Part shown: positions 1-11,029 of the stretch, piece by piece
Layout: the number at the start of each line of letters is the position of its first letter
Numbering within the stretch: position 1 is the first letter of the stretch
DNA from: Camelus ferus
Taxonomy: Eukaryota
Assembly: GCF_009834535.1 (NCBI RefSeq)
Contig: NC_045697.1
Span: 107,634,001 to 107,698,000, forward strand
DNA length: 64,000 bases
Direction: 5' to 3'
Position numbers and translations under genes: made by a program
The notes under the pieces: model-generated
The model's input: the letters and a program-made list of their open reading frames with translations, nothing else
What the model was told of the DNA's origin: nothing
The model's database searches: none

Positions 1-939
1 GACAGCCATTGGTTTGCTTTCGTTTAAGTCATACTTTAAAAATAAGTCAGATTTGTAGGTATGGGTAATGTTCTTGAATTGTTCTGAACTGAAATTCAAT
101 GCTAATGTTTTTTCTATTATATTAAAGTCAATGCCAAACGCATTATTAAAAATAACTAGGCAGGAATTAATTTCCATTTTTTCCCCAGAAGAGTACAAGG
201 AGCATTTAGCTCTTTCAGTTTAAAGCATCTGAATGCTTTCAAGGGTGTAATAGAAATCAAAGGCAAATTTTTTATTTATTTCTGTTTCTCAAATCAAGAA
301 GCTGTTGGCTGACAGAAGGAAATGCTCCCACAGGTGAAGCATTCCAGTCACCTAGGGGAGAAAGGAGAAATGCGTCTTGTGTAAAGACCTGGACTCGGTC
401 AATTTTAATTTCATTTCCTGAAGTTTCTCTTCCAATTGGTGTTTATTTGCAAAACTTGTTATGTATGGAATCCTGATTGTGCTTTCCTCTAATTTTGCTT
501 TCAGAAGACAAACATTTTTGCTTATCTTTGCTTATGTAGCCTCTCAATAGCAATTGTCAGAATTCTCCCTCAGCAACAAACCCACCACACTGACCTCAGC
601 CAGACCAAAAATGTCTTACACAGAGCGTGTCTTATTCCGCACACTCTGAAGGGAATGCTCGACTTCAGCAGTTCTTAGAGCTAAATATCATGAGTCAACC
701 AGTGAGAATGGCACACTGTATGACCTTCAGCACTTGGGCTTCTTTTATAGCCTGACTGACCAGCCTCCACTGCCTGCTGCTCCTGTCCCCACCCCTGTGC
801 GTCAGTCATACTCAGCTTGTCACTGTCCCCAACACACCCTTCCCTGTAATGTCTCCACCTTGGGATATGATGTCACTTCAGCCAGAGTCAGCAAGAATGC
901 AGAGAGAATATGGGCTTTGGGGCAAACCCAGATTCACTT

Positions 940-1120
940 CCTTATCCTGTGATTTTGAGCAAGTTAATTAATTACTCGGAACTATACTAACCAGAAAAAG
1001 AAGAGATAGCAATACATAGGGGTTAGGACTATTATAAGGACTAAGTGAAAACACAGTAATAGTTAACATTTAATGAGCACTTACTATGTGGCATTATTGT
1101 GACAAGTGCCTACATTATCG
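940..1120. mobile_element. Degraded MIR/L2 fragments
   Basis: MIR-like TGATTTTGAGCAAGTTAATTAA and AACATTTAATGAGCACTTACTATGTG motifs. Confidence 0.5.
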
Positions 1121-1224
1121 GAATTAATTCTTTTTGAATTAGAGTTAACTCCAGATATATTCCCAGGAGTGGATCACATGGTAAGTCTACTTTTAGTTTT
1201 TTGAGGAATGAATTAATTCTTTTT
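1121..1224 (-). mobile_element. ~75-bp internal L1 ORF2 3' fragment flanked by 15-bp direct repeats
   Basis: GAATTAATTCTTTTT at 1121-1135 and 1210-1224; the interior resembles L1 sequence at ~5780-5875 and ~31080-31145 of this window. Confidence 0.75.
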
Positions 1225-1529
1225 TTATCAGCAGGATGCCTACCCTTTTAGTAGTCCTTTCCATATGTGAAGTGACAAGTTTTTTCATATACCTATCTTA
1301 TACCCTAAATTATTAGATCCTTGAGGACTAGGAAATTACCTTCTATTGCTCTTGAAATCAAGCAAACATGACACTGATGCAAAGCGGGGGCTCAATGAAT
1401 GTTTATTTAATGACTGATAGTGTGGAATTATTAATATTTTGGCTATTCTGCACTGTCACCTTCTTTCTCCAAGTCTCACGTGTTCATCTACTAAAAATAA
1501 TACTTACCTTGCAGAGTTATAATATGCCA

Positions 1530-1845
1530 CAAAAAGCCACTTAAATGCATCTTGTTAAGTGAAAGAAGCCAGTTAAAAAAGTCTACATATCATTTGATTC
1601 CAATTCTATGACATTCTGGAAAAGGCACAATTATGGAGACAGGAAAAGGATCAGTGGTTTCCAAGGGTTTGAGGGAGGGAGGGAGGATGAGTAGGTGGAG
1701 TACAGTGGATTTTTAGGCAAGTGAAACTATTTTGTATGATATAAATGTAACTATTCATCACAACCCATAGAATGTACAATATTATACATTTGTCAAAACT
1801 CATAGGCTGTACAACATACAATGTAAACGCTAATGTAAACTGTCT
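1530..1845 (+). mobile_element. Old L1 3' end (L1MC/L1MB-like)
   Basis: AAGTGAAAGAAGCCAG...TATGACATTCTGGAAAAGGCA...GGATCAGTGGTTTCCAAGGG, typical of old L1 3' UTRs. Confidence 0.75.
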
Positions 1846-2237
1846 GAACTGGGTGTTGAAAATAAGCAGGTATTAATCAGGCAAAGAAGAAGGGAGGGTG
1901 TAAGAAGAGACGTCCAGGCATGGTCAAAATAGTTGTGAACACCATATTCAGGGAATTAGAAGTAGTTACATATTGCTGAGAACAAGGGAAAGGGTCTATA
2001 AGGGGACCAGAGGTGAAGCTGGCAAGGTAGAAGAGGTGATATTATGATATTATCCTTTGTACGTCATACTGAAGGATCCATAGATGGGGCAGTTGGGATC
2101 AATGGAGGATTTTTAGCAGCAGAGTGACCCGGTGGCCAGGAAGAAGATTGAGAAGGGTCAGTATTTTGGATTTAGCTTCCTCCCTTCGTTACACCCTTAG
2201 TCTCTCTGTAACATCATTGCTACCACTTGGGTATTCT

Positions 2238-2290
2238 GTTTTGTTTTGTTTTGTTTTGTTTTGGTTTGTTTTGTTTTGCTTTGTTTTGTG
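2238..2290 (+). repeat. (GTTTT)n microsatellite
   Basis: Tandem GTTTT units read directly. Confidence 0.95.
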
Positions 2291-3319
2291 TCTTGGAAAG
2301 AGTCTAGGTGCTGGCAGCAGGGAAAGATTTGGAATTGGAGATTTGGGCAGCCAAATGGAGATGATGTGGGGCTTGAAATGGAAGCCGAGAAGATGGATAC
2401 TTTCTCAAGGCTGCTCAGCACCCTTTGAGGCTGCTTTTCTACAACAAACTCCTTCCACTTCCATCCAGTACTTATTGGCTGCATCCTCAGGGTATCATCA
2501 CCAAAGTTTCAAAGGGGAAGTCATCAACATATGTAGCGAATACCACTATTGAACATCCCCTTTTCTCAAATATTTTATCAACTGCTCTCTGTGGTTAATG
2601 TAAAGCTGAGCAGCAAGCAGAACCCCAGGTGTGTAAGAAAAAGGGCATGAGGGCCCTGGTAGAGGAAGATCTCTAAGAAGATAAGTTGAACAGAATTTCT
2701 AGCCCGTAGTCTGGCTCCAGCTTCCATGAAAGTGTGTAACAGCCATTACTAGAGAATCAATGGACAAGGTCATGAGGGAGACCTGGAAAACACAGGACTT
2801 ATTCCCGTTGGGACCATTGGCAGGTGGTCTGGGTACAGGACACCTGGAAAGACTGTGGTGGGAGAGATGCTTCTAAGTTCACCAAAGCCCACCTCCAGTT
2901 CTGGAGAAGGTCAAAGCAGAAACCTTCCCCAGGGTTTAGTGAGCATCTTCAGCTTATCCAGGCTGTATGTTCTAGTGTAGGATTCAGGGTGGGCAGGTGG
3001 GCAGAAATGCCATGAAAACATGGGTAAGGAAATACAAATAACAACCTGGATCAATCTCATCCAGGCATTCCATTGTCAGATTTAAAAAAAAATAGTAATG
3101 TGGCATCGTAGCGATAACCTGCCTCAATTATGTCTTCTCTCTGGAGTCACATTGCTCCAGTTTGTGCTTTTTGCCCCCCATACCTGGTATACAGCTAGCA
3201 CACATCATCCTGAGGACTCCCGTCATCCATTTCCTTATATGGATTTTCTGTTTTCCTTTAATTCATACCTTCTTCTTTCTTGTTTTACTCTCTGTTTCTT
3301 CTTGATTCAGCACATCATC

Positions 3320-3830
3320 ACTTAGCTTCTTGAGAAATGGTGCATAGAAGGTAAACTTTAAGAATTTATGTATATTCTATCTTTATTCTTTTTTCCACTT
3401 TTTTTTGTGGGGGGTGTGGAATTAGGCTTGTTCGTTTCTTTGTTTGTTTATAGTGGAGATACGGAGGATCGAACCCAGGACCTCATGCATCTAAGCACTC
3501 TCTCTACCACTGAGCTATACCCTCCCACTTTCTACCTTTATTCTTGATGGGCAAGAATTCTGAGTAAGAAATCATTTTCCTTCAGAATTCTGGAGGCACT
3601 GCTCTACTGCCCTCAGAGTTCAGGGTTCAGGGTTGTTGAGAATTCTGATGCCATTCTGATTCCTACTCCTTTGCATGCGCTTTTTCTCTTCCAGAGTTTG
3701 GAGAAATTTGTCTTTGTGTCTGGCAATCTAAAATTTCAAGATCATGTGTTTGGTATAAGTCTGTTTCTATTCACTGAGCTGTGTATTTTGTGGGTCTTTT
3801 CAGTCTGGCAATTTCGGTCCTTCAGTTATC
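3320..3830 (-). mobile_element. Ancient L1ME/HAL1-like ORF1-region fragment interrupted by a SINE
   Basis: AATCATTTTCCTTCAGAATT...GAGAATTCTGATGCCATTCTGATTCCT resembles antisense ORF1 of old L1/HAL1. Confidence 0.5.
3391..3529 (-). mobile_element. tRNA-derived SINE (Vic-1-like)
   Basis: Reverse complement GGGAGGGTATAGCTCAGTGGTAGAG...GGTCCTGGGTTCGATCC (A and B boxes); TSD TTCTA(T/C)CTTTATTCTT at 3375-3390 and 3530-3545. Confidence 0.9.
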
Positions 3831-5195
3831 TTTCACGTTGGTATTTCCTCGGATGTTTGGTAAGCCTACTTGCCTGCTTATATTTAAGGGTGGGAGAGCA
3901 AAAAACTGATGAGAAGCTCTGGGCTTTGGGAACCTATTGACTATAACTTTACTTAAAGGTGACATGAGTAAGCTCTTTGTTAGGGAATCCCTTCCCCTGC
4001 CCCAAATCCCACTCCATACCATTACCTTTAGGGATTTTTTTCCCCCACTTGGGCTAGTCGTTTTCCTTAGAGAAGTCTTCTCCAATCTTCTGTCTGGAGA
4101 GTGAGGCTTGATTTCCAGCATATCAGGAATTGGGAGAGGATCTGACCATGTGGTGTGTCTACATAAATTAATCCCTGTTTTCTTGGCAGAGTTCCTAAGC
4201 CCTTTCAGCTTTGGGGAAAAAAGTGGATAAATGTCCACTTCTGTTAGGGGAGGTGGAGGTAGGGGGTCACTCAGTGGAAAAGAGTGTGGGAAAAGGACAT
4301 AAAAGTAGTACTACTTCCCAAGTGGCTTCCAACCTCCAACCAATTCCCTTATGTTAGCTCTCTTCATCTTCACTCCACATCTGAGGGATCTTGCAACACC
4401 ACGAACTTAGCATTTGGTTTTCTCAGGTCTGCCTTGTCCTTTATCACTGCTTTCTAGCCTCCAAAATTCTGTTGCTTTTGCTTCTCCCTCTCTCCCCATC
4501 CTAATGAGTTTTCGTGGGTTCTGGAGGGAGTCAAAACAGCAGCATTTGTTTAATCTATCACCTCTACCTGGAACCAACTGTCAAACATTCTAAACAACTG
4601 AAACTCATTTGTCTAATAAATATTGAATGCCTATGATATTCTGGGCACTTGGATAAATGCTGGAGATGAACTATGATTTATCTGCCATCAAGATGACTGA
4701 TGCTCCAAGGTAATGGTTTGAGAGAAAAAGGTCCCTTTCTTCTGAAGTCAGGAATTTATTTGTTAGAGATTTTTCTCTGCTGGGGTTACATGGGCAGCTT
4801 CATAATGGATCCTGATTGCAAACCAAATGTTGAAGCCTTGGATCATTCCTGATGTCACTCATCCATTCCCTTACCCTGGCTGTGTTTCTGCGTGTCTGTA
4901 GGTTAATCGGCCTACTACCTAATTCCAAGGACGTATGTGATGTCAGGGCTGGTTTGCCTTAAATACCATTCATTCTAAACACTGCAGAAGCCTAGGTCAG
5001 ATGCCTCAGGCGCTGACTGAAGGAGGGGTGTGCAGTTGTCTTAACAGGATCCCTACATGTCCATGACTGTGTTTCTATTCCAAGAGGCACTTTATTCTAA
5101 ATCTTGTCTTCAAACTTTAGCGATAGACGTCAATGATTACAATAGTTGAAAGAGGCTGGGGGGTGGTATGGCATTCATTTATTCATTCATTTACT

Positions 5196-8100
5196 TTATT
5201 TTATTGAAATATAGCTGATGTACAATATTATGTCAGTTTCAGGTGTACTAATTAATGATTTGACATTTGCCTACATTATGAAATGATCACCATGATGGGT
5301 CTAGGAACCATCTCTCCCCATACAAAGTTATTACAATATTATTACCTGTGTTCCTTATGCTGTATATAACATCCCTGTGGCTTATTTATTTTATAACAAA
5401 GGTTTGTACAGCCTAATCCCCTTCACCTATTAAGCTGCCTCATTCCCCTCCTCTCTGGCAACCACCCTTTTGTTCTCTGTACCTGTGAGTCTATTTTCAT
5501 TTTATTTTGTTTGTGGTTTATTTTGCTTTTTAGAGTCCACATATGAGTGAGATCATATAGTATTTGTCTTTCTCTGTCCAACTTTTCTTGTGTAGCATAA
5601 TATCTTCTGCATCCATCCATATTGTCATAAATGGCAAGATTTCATTGTTTTATGACTATATTCCATTGTGTGTATATACCACTTCTTCTTTATCCATTCA
5701 TCTGTTGATGGACACTTAGGTTGTTTCCATATCTTGGTTATTATAAATGATGCTGTGATGAACATAGGGGTACAAATATCTTTTTGAATTAGTGTTTTAT
5801 AGTCTTTGGATAAATACTCAGAAGTGGGATAACTGGATTATTTGGTAGGCTTATTCTTAATTTTTTAAGGAATCTCCATAATATTTTCCATGGTGGCTGC
5901 ACTAATATACATTCCCACCAACAGTGCAGGAGGGTTCCCTTTTCTCTACATCCTCACCAGCACTTGTTATTTGTTGTCTTTTTGATGATTGCCATTCTGA
6001 CAGATGTGAGGTGGTATCTCATTGTGCTTTTGATTTGCATTTCCCTGATGATTAGTGATATTAAACATCTTTTCATGTGCTGTTGGCTATCTGTAATTTT
6101 TCTTTAGAAAAATATCTATTCAGATATTTCTTTCAGATATCTTTCAGATTTCAGATATCTTCTGCCAATTTTTTAATCAGATTGGTTTTTTTTGATGTTG
6201 AGTTGCATGAGTTCTTTATATATGTTGGATATTAACCCTTCATTACATATGTTATTTGCAAATATTTTCTCCTATTCAGTAAGCTACCTTTTTGTTTTGT
6301 TGAGAGTTTTCTTTGCTGTGCAGAAGGCTTTTAAGTCTGATGTCATCCTATATGTTTATTTTTGCTTTTGTTTCCCTTGCCTGAAGAGACATATACAAAA
6401 AATATTGCTAAAACTGTTGTCCAAGAGTATACTGCCTATGTTTTCTTCTGGAAGTTTTATGGTTTAGGATCTTACATGTAAGTTTTTAATCCATTCTGAA
6501 TTAATTTTTGTGCATGGTGTGAGAAAAGTAATCCAGTTAGATTCTTTTGCATGTAGCTGTCCAGTTTTCCCAACACCATTTATTGAAAAGGCTATCCTTT
6601 CCCTATTGTATATTTTTGCCTCTTTATTATAGATTAATTGCCCATATAGGTGTGAGCTCATTTCTGGGCTCTCTATTCTGTTACATTGATCTCTGTGCCT
6701 ATTTTTGTGCCAGTATCATACTGTTTTGATTACTGTAGCTTTGTGGTATAATTTGAGATCAGGGAACTTGATATCTCCAGCTTTGTTCTTTTCTCAAGAT
6801 TGCTTGGGCAATTCAGGATCATTTGCATTTCCATGACAACTTTGTAATTATTTGTTCTAGTTCTGTGAAAAATGCTTTTGGTATTTTGATAGACATTGCA
6901 CTGAATCTGTAGATTATTTTGGGAGTTATGGTCATTTTAACAATATTAATTCTTCCAATCCATAAATATGGAATATCTTTCCATTTGTTTGTGTTGTCTT
7001 CAATTTCCTTCATCAATGTCTCATAGTTTTCAGAATACATGTCTTTTATCTCTTTGGTTAGATATATTCCTAGATATTTTATTCTTTGTTATGCACTTGC
7101 AAATGGGATTGTTTTCTCAATTTCCCTTTTATTAGTCTATGGAAATGCAAACAGATTTCTGTTTATTAATTTTGTATCCTGCAATTTTACTGAATTCATT
7201 TATTTGAATTGTTTTTGATGGCATCTTTAGGATTTCTATACATAGTACTATATCATCTGCAAAGAATGACAGTTTTACTTTTTTCAAATTTGGATGCTTT
7301 TATTTCCTTTTTTTGTCTGATAACTGTGTCTAGGACTTCCAACACTATGTTGAATAAAAGTGGTTAGAGTGGGCATCCTTGTCTTGTTCCTGATCTTAGA
7401 GAAAATGCTTTCAGCTTTCCACCACTGAGTATGATGTTAGCTGTAGGTTTGTCATATATGGCCTTTAATACGTTGAAGTACTTTCCCTCTACCCATTTTA
7501 TTGAGGATTTTTAAAATAAATGGATGTTGAATGTTGTCAAAAGCTTTTTTTGCATCTGTGATCATATGATTTTTATTCCTCAATTTGTTAAAGTAGTATA
7601 TCATGTTGATTGATTTGCAGATATTGAAACATCCTTGCATCCCTGGGATAAATCCCACTTGATCATGGTTTATGATCTTTTTTAATGTATTGTTAAATTT
7701 GGTTTGTTAATATTTTGTTTAGAATTTTTGCATCTATATTAAATGACAATGGCCTGTAATGTTTTTTCTTTTTTTGTAGTGTCTTTGACTAGTTTTCTTA
7801 TCAGGGTGATGCTGGCCTTGTAGAATGAGTTCAGAAGCAATCCATCCTGTACAACTTTTTTTTGGAATAGTTTGAGAAGAATAGATGTTAAGCCGTCTTT
7901 AAATGTTTTGTAGGATTCACCTGTGAAGTTCTCTGGTCCTGGACTTTTTGTTTTGGGGGAGGGTTTTTTGTTTTTGTCTTTGTTTTTCTTTTCTTTCTTT
8001 CTTTCCCTTTTTCTTTCTGTTTTTTTTTTTTTTTATTGATTCTATTTCATTACTGATAATTGGTCTGTTTATATTTTCTATTTCTTCCTGACTCAGTTTT

Positions 8101-8345
8101 GGAAGATTGTACGTCTCTAGGAATTTGTCCATTTTTCTAGCTTGTCCGTTTTATTGGCATACAGTTGTTTGTAGTAATCTTTTATAATCTTTTGTTGATT
8201 TCTAGTCTCATGGTTCTATGGTCAGAAAAAATGCTTGATTTGATTTCAATCTTAAATTTATTGAGACTTATTTTGTGCCCTAGCATGTGATCTATCTTGG
8301 GGATGTTCCATATGCACTTGAAAAGAATGTGTTTTCTGCTATTTT
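5196..8345 (-). mobile_element. 5'-truncated LINE-1 (3' UTR plus disrupted ORF2 RT/C-terminal region)
   Basis: Minus-strand ORF fragments match L1 ORF2 ([56 protein letters not shown]); many stops and frameshifts. Confidence 0.95.
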
Positions 8346-9469
8346 GCTACAAGTATTAATAACATTAAAAATAAGATCTTATCTTTGCATAGTATTCAGA
8401 GTTTACAAAGTATTGTTACACACACTAGTTCCTCTAAATAGCCTTGAACTATGTTTTCTTTGACTTATCACTGTGTGATTGAAAAATTTTTTTGTAAATT
8501 TATTAATGACTAACACAATGAACATGCTTTACCAGCTAGTAACTTCCTAATCTCAGTTTAAAGGTATGGTTTATATTGAAAATCCCTCCCCCTGTCCAAC
8601 TTCTTGCAATAACAACACCTGAAAAAAATCAGTACCACAAGAACTGTGGCAAACAAGCTACTTCAGCCTTAGAAGCAGTACCTTGAGACAGAATTGTAAA
8701 ATCTCAATGGGGGAAGAAATGCTAAAGATCAGCTAGTTCAAATCTTTGTCTAATCCTGTTCTACATTCAAATATCCTCCCACTATGGGAAGGCTCTATAC
8801 TTTCCTGAAAACATTTTGCATTTCCTAGATAGCAGATTGCTCCCCAGGGCCAGAGGGAAATTTACTGCAGGAGGTAGGAAAATAAGGGTCAGCAGATAAA
8901 GAGTTGGAGGAGGAGAGGAATGGAGAGAAATGAGAACTACCTCGGGAAAGAAGAGAGAATAGAGTTTATTTTTTCAAGAGGCACTGACCCCTCACCATGG
9001 GCCTCACACAAGTGGTGTTGTGCTAGGGAGGACAAAGCTCACCTTTATGGAGTTTACAGCCTAGTAAAGGGGGAGGAATTTTCACATAAAGCAGTTAAAC
9101 GTGGGGTGTGCCAATGAGTCACCCCTTGAACTCTAGAATTTGACTAATACAATAAAGAAAAATCTGGTGACACTGGACACAGGTACTTTAAAGAACCCAA
9201 AAAGGTCGCAGACCAAGTGTGTGATTTGTCTAGAACAGAATTGGAGATTTTGCTTATATAAAGAAATAATTTATTAACCAATTGGAGGGGGTTGCAAATT
9301 AGCCCCCCCAAAAGTAACTCTGAGTGGGTCTTAGACTCCTAATCCCTTTCTGAGGAAAGACCCAAATTCAGGCTCCAGAATCTCAGTTGGGGCAAGGGTG
9401 TCACAGGGGCCTGGAAGTGCCACACTGAGGACAACCCACCACCCTTCACTGTGAGTCCACTTTTAACAA

Positions 9470-9800
9470 CCTTCTAGATGATACTCCTCTGTGAAGTTCT
9501 CCTGAACACAGTCCCCTACCTTCCAGGTAGAGTTAACCACTCCCTCCTCCATCTCCACATTTATTGTGTATGTACCTCTCTTATGTCCCTACCATACTTC
9601 ATGGTATCTATAATGCTCAACTTACACACCCTGTCTCTCCTACCATATTGCAAGATGAGGAGCCAGTCCTGGACATTTTTGTGTCCTTGGTCCCTCTGCA
9701 CAATCAACAGATGCTCAGTGAACATTTTAGTGATAGGATGAATGAGTGAGTGAATGAGTGAATAAATGTATGAATGGATATATGATTGAATAAATGAAAA
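9470..9800 (+). mobile_element. L2 3' end
   Basis: CCTCTGTGAAGTTCTCCTGA ... ATGCTCAGTGAACATTT followed by a degenerate (TGAA)n tail. Confidence 0.7.
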
Positions 9801-9959
9801 GGTGCTTGAAGAATTGATATGAGCAAAAACTTCAAGCTGACAGAGTATACCCAGGGAACAGTGGCAGGAATGACCTACAAGAACCATATTTAGAAAGAGC
9901 CAAAAGAAAATGGATTAACAGAGTTAGGCTAGATAATGGAGAAACTTGAGTGCCAAGAA

Positions 9960-10440
9960 ACATTCCTTTGTTTATTCCTTCATTCAACAAAAATTTACTG
10001 TAAATTATTTTAGGTAATGTGAATAATATAAAGCTATAGTCTCTAGTCTAAGACAGTACATGGTCAAGGAGGAGAGGATGCCCTCACAAGAGCCACATGA
10101 TAAGCAAAGGGTCACCAGAGGAGAGGCACAACCAAGGAGCCCTAGGACCTCAAGGATCAGTAAGTCACTTCTGGTTGTGCTCGTAGAAAAGCATCTGAGC
10201 TGACCTTCAAGGGTAAGAGGACCAGCAGAAGGCATGGCATGATCAAGGAAGCAGAGATGGGACCTTGCAAGGCATGAAAAGGGAACTGATAATAGTTCCC
10301 CAAGGCTGAAGCAAATCAGGAAACAGCAGAGTAAGGTAGAAATTAAGATGTAAGGAGAGGTTGAGTGAGATTGTGTAGGGTATTTGTCAGGCTTAGGTGA
10401 TTACCCTCTATTCCAGAGGAGTTATGGAACGTGTGGTGAC
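9960..10440 (-). mobile_element. L2 fragment
   Basis: (TTCA)n tail then ACAAAAATTTACTG; TGAGCTGACCTTCAAGGGTAAG motif. Confidence 0.55.
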
Positions 10441-11029
10441 TTGCTCTATGTTAGGGTAGGGCTAATTTCCATGAGTACAGAGAACTGCCAACCTAGCCCT
10501 AGATAAAAAGGTGAGAAAATCTTTCTGACAAGCCTACCAAGGTTTTGAAATTTTTTCACTCTATAATTAAGCTTCAAATGCTGAGGTGGTTTCTGAGGTT
10601 TTTACATGGTAACTCATTCTCTGAGCTGCCCTTTCATTGCCCCAGATCCTATCATTATCATTGCTAGTATCCTAGGGCAGACCTCAGCTGAGACAGATAA
10701 CCACAGCCTGGGAATATGGTGGGTTATCCCCCTCCTAGTTATGATATACTTGATCATGGGGTCAGTGAAATGTTAGCAAAAGTAGCATGGAAACTTTCAG
10801 TTTGAATTAACAGAACCTGGCACTTATTAAACCCTCAGTTACTATTAGCCATGCAGAACTATATTCTACTGTGGGAAAAAAATATTTCATTTTCTATAGT
10901 ATTGGAACAGAATCCAAGTGTATTTTTCAGGGTTCTATTGGTTGTAAGTGACAGAATGCCAAACCCAGCTTAGTCTCAGCATTAGATTTATTGGATAGAT
11001 AATGACTGAAAGAAAAGCCAGGACCAACA

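Noticed and set aside
2124..2552. 142-aa ORF with FCFVL repeats
   Set aside because: Produced by the (GTTTT)n microsatellite in decayed repeat sequence.
6117..6162. Repeated TTCAGATAT units
   Set aside because: Local slippage duplication inside a dead L1.
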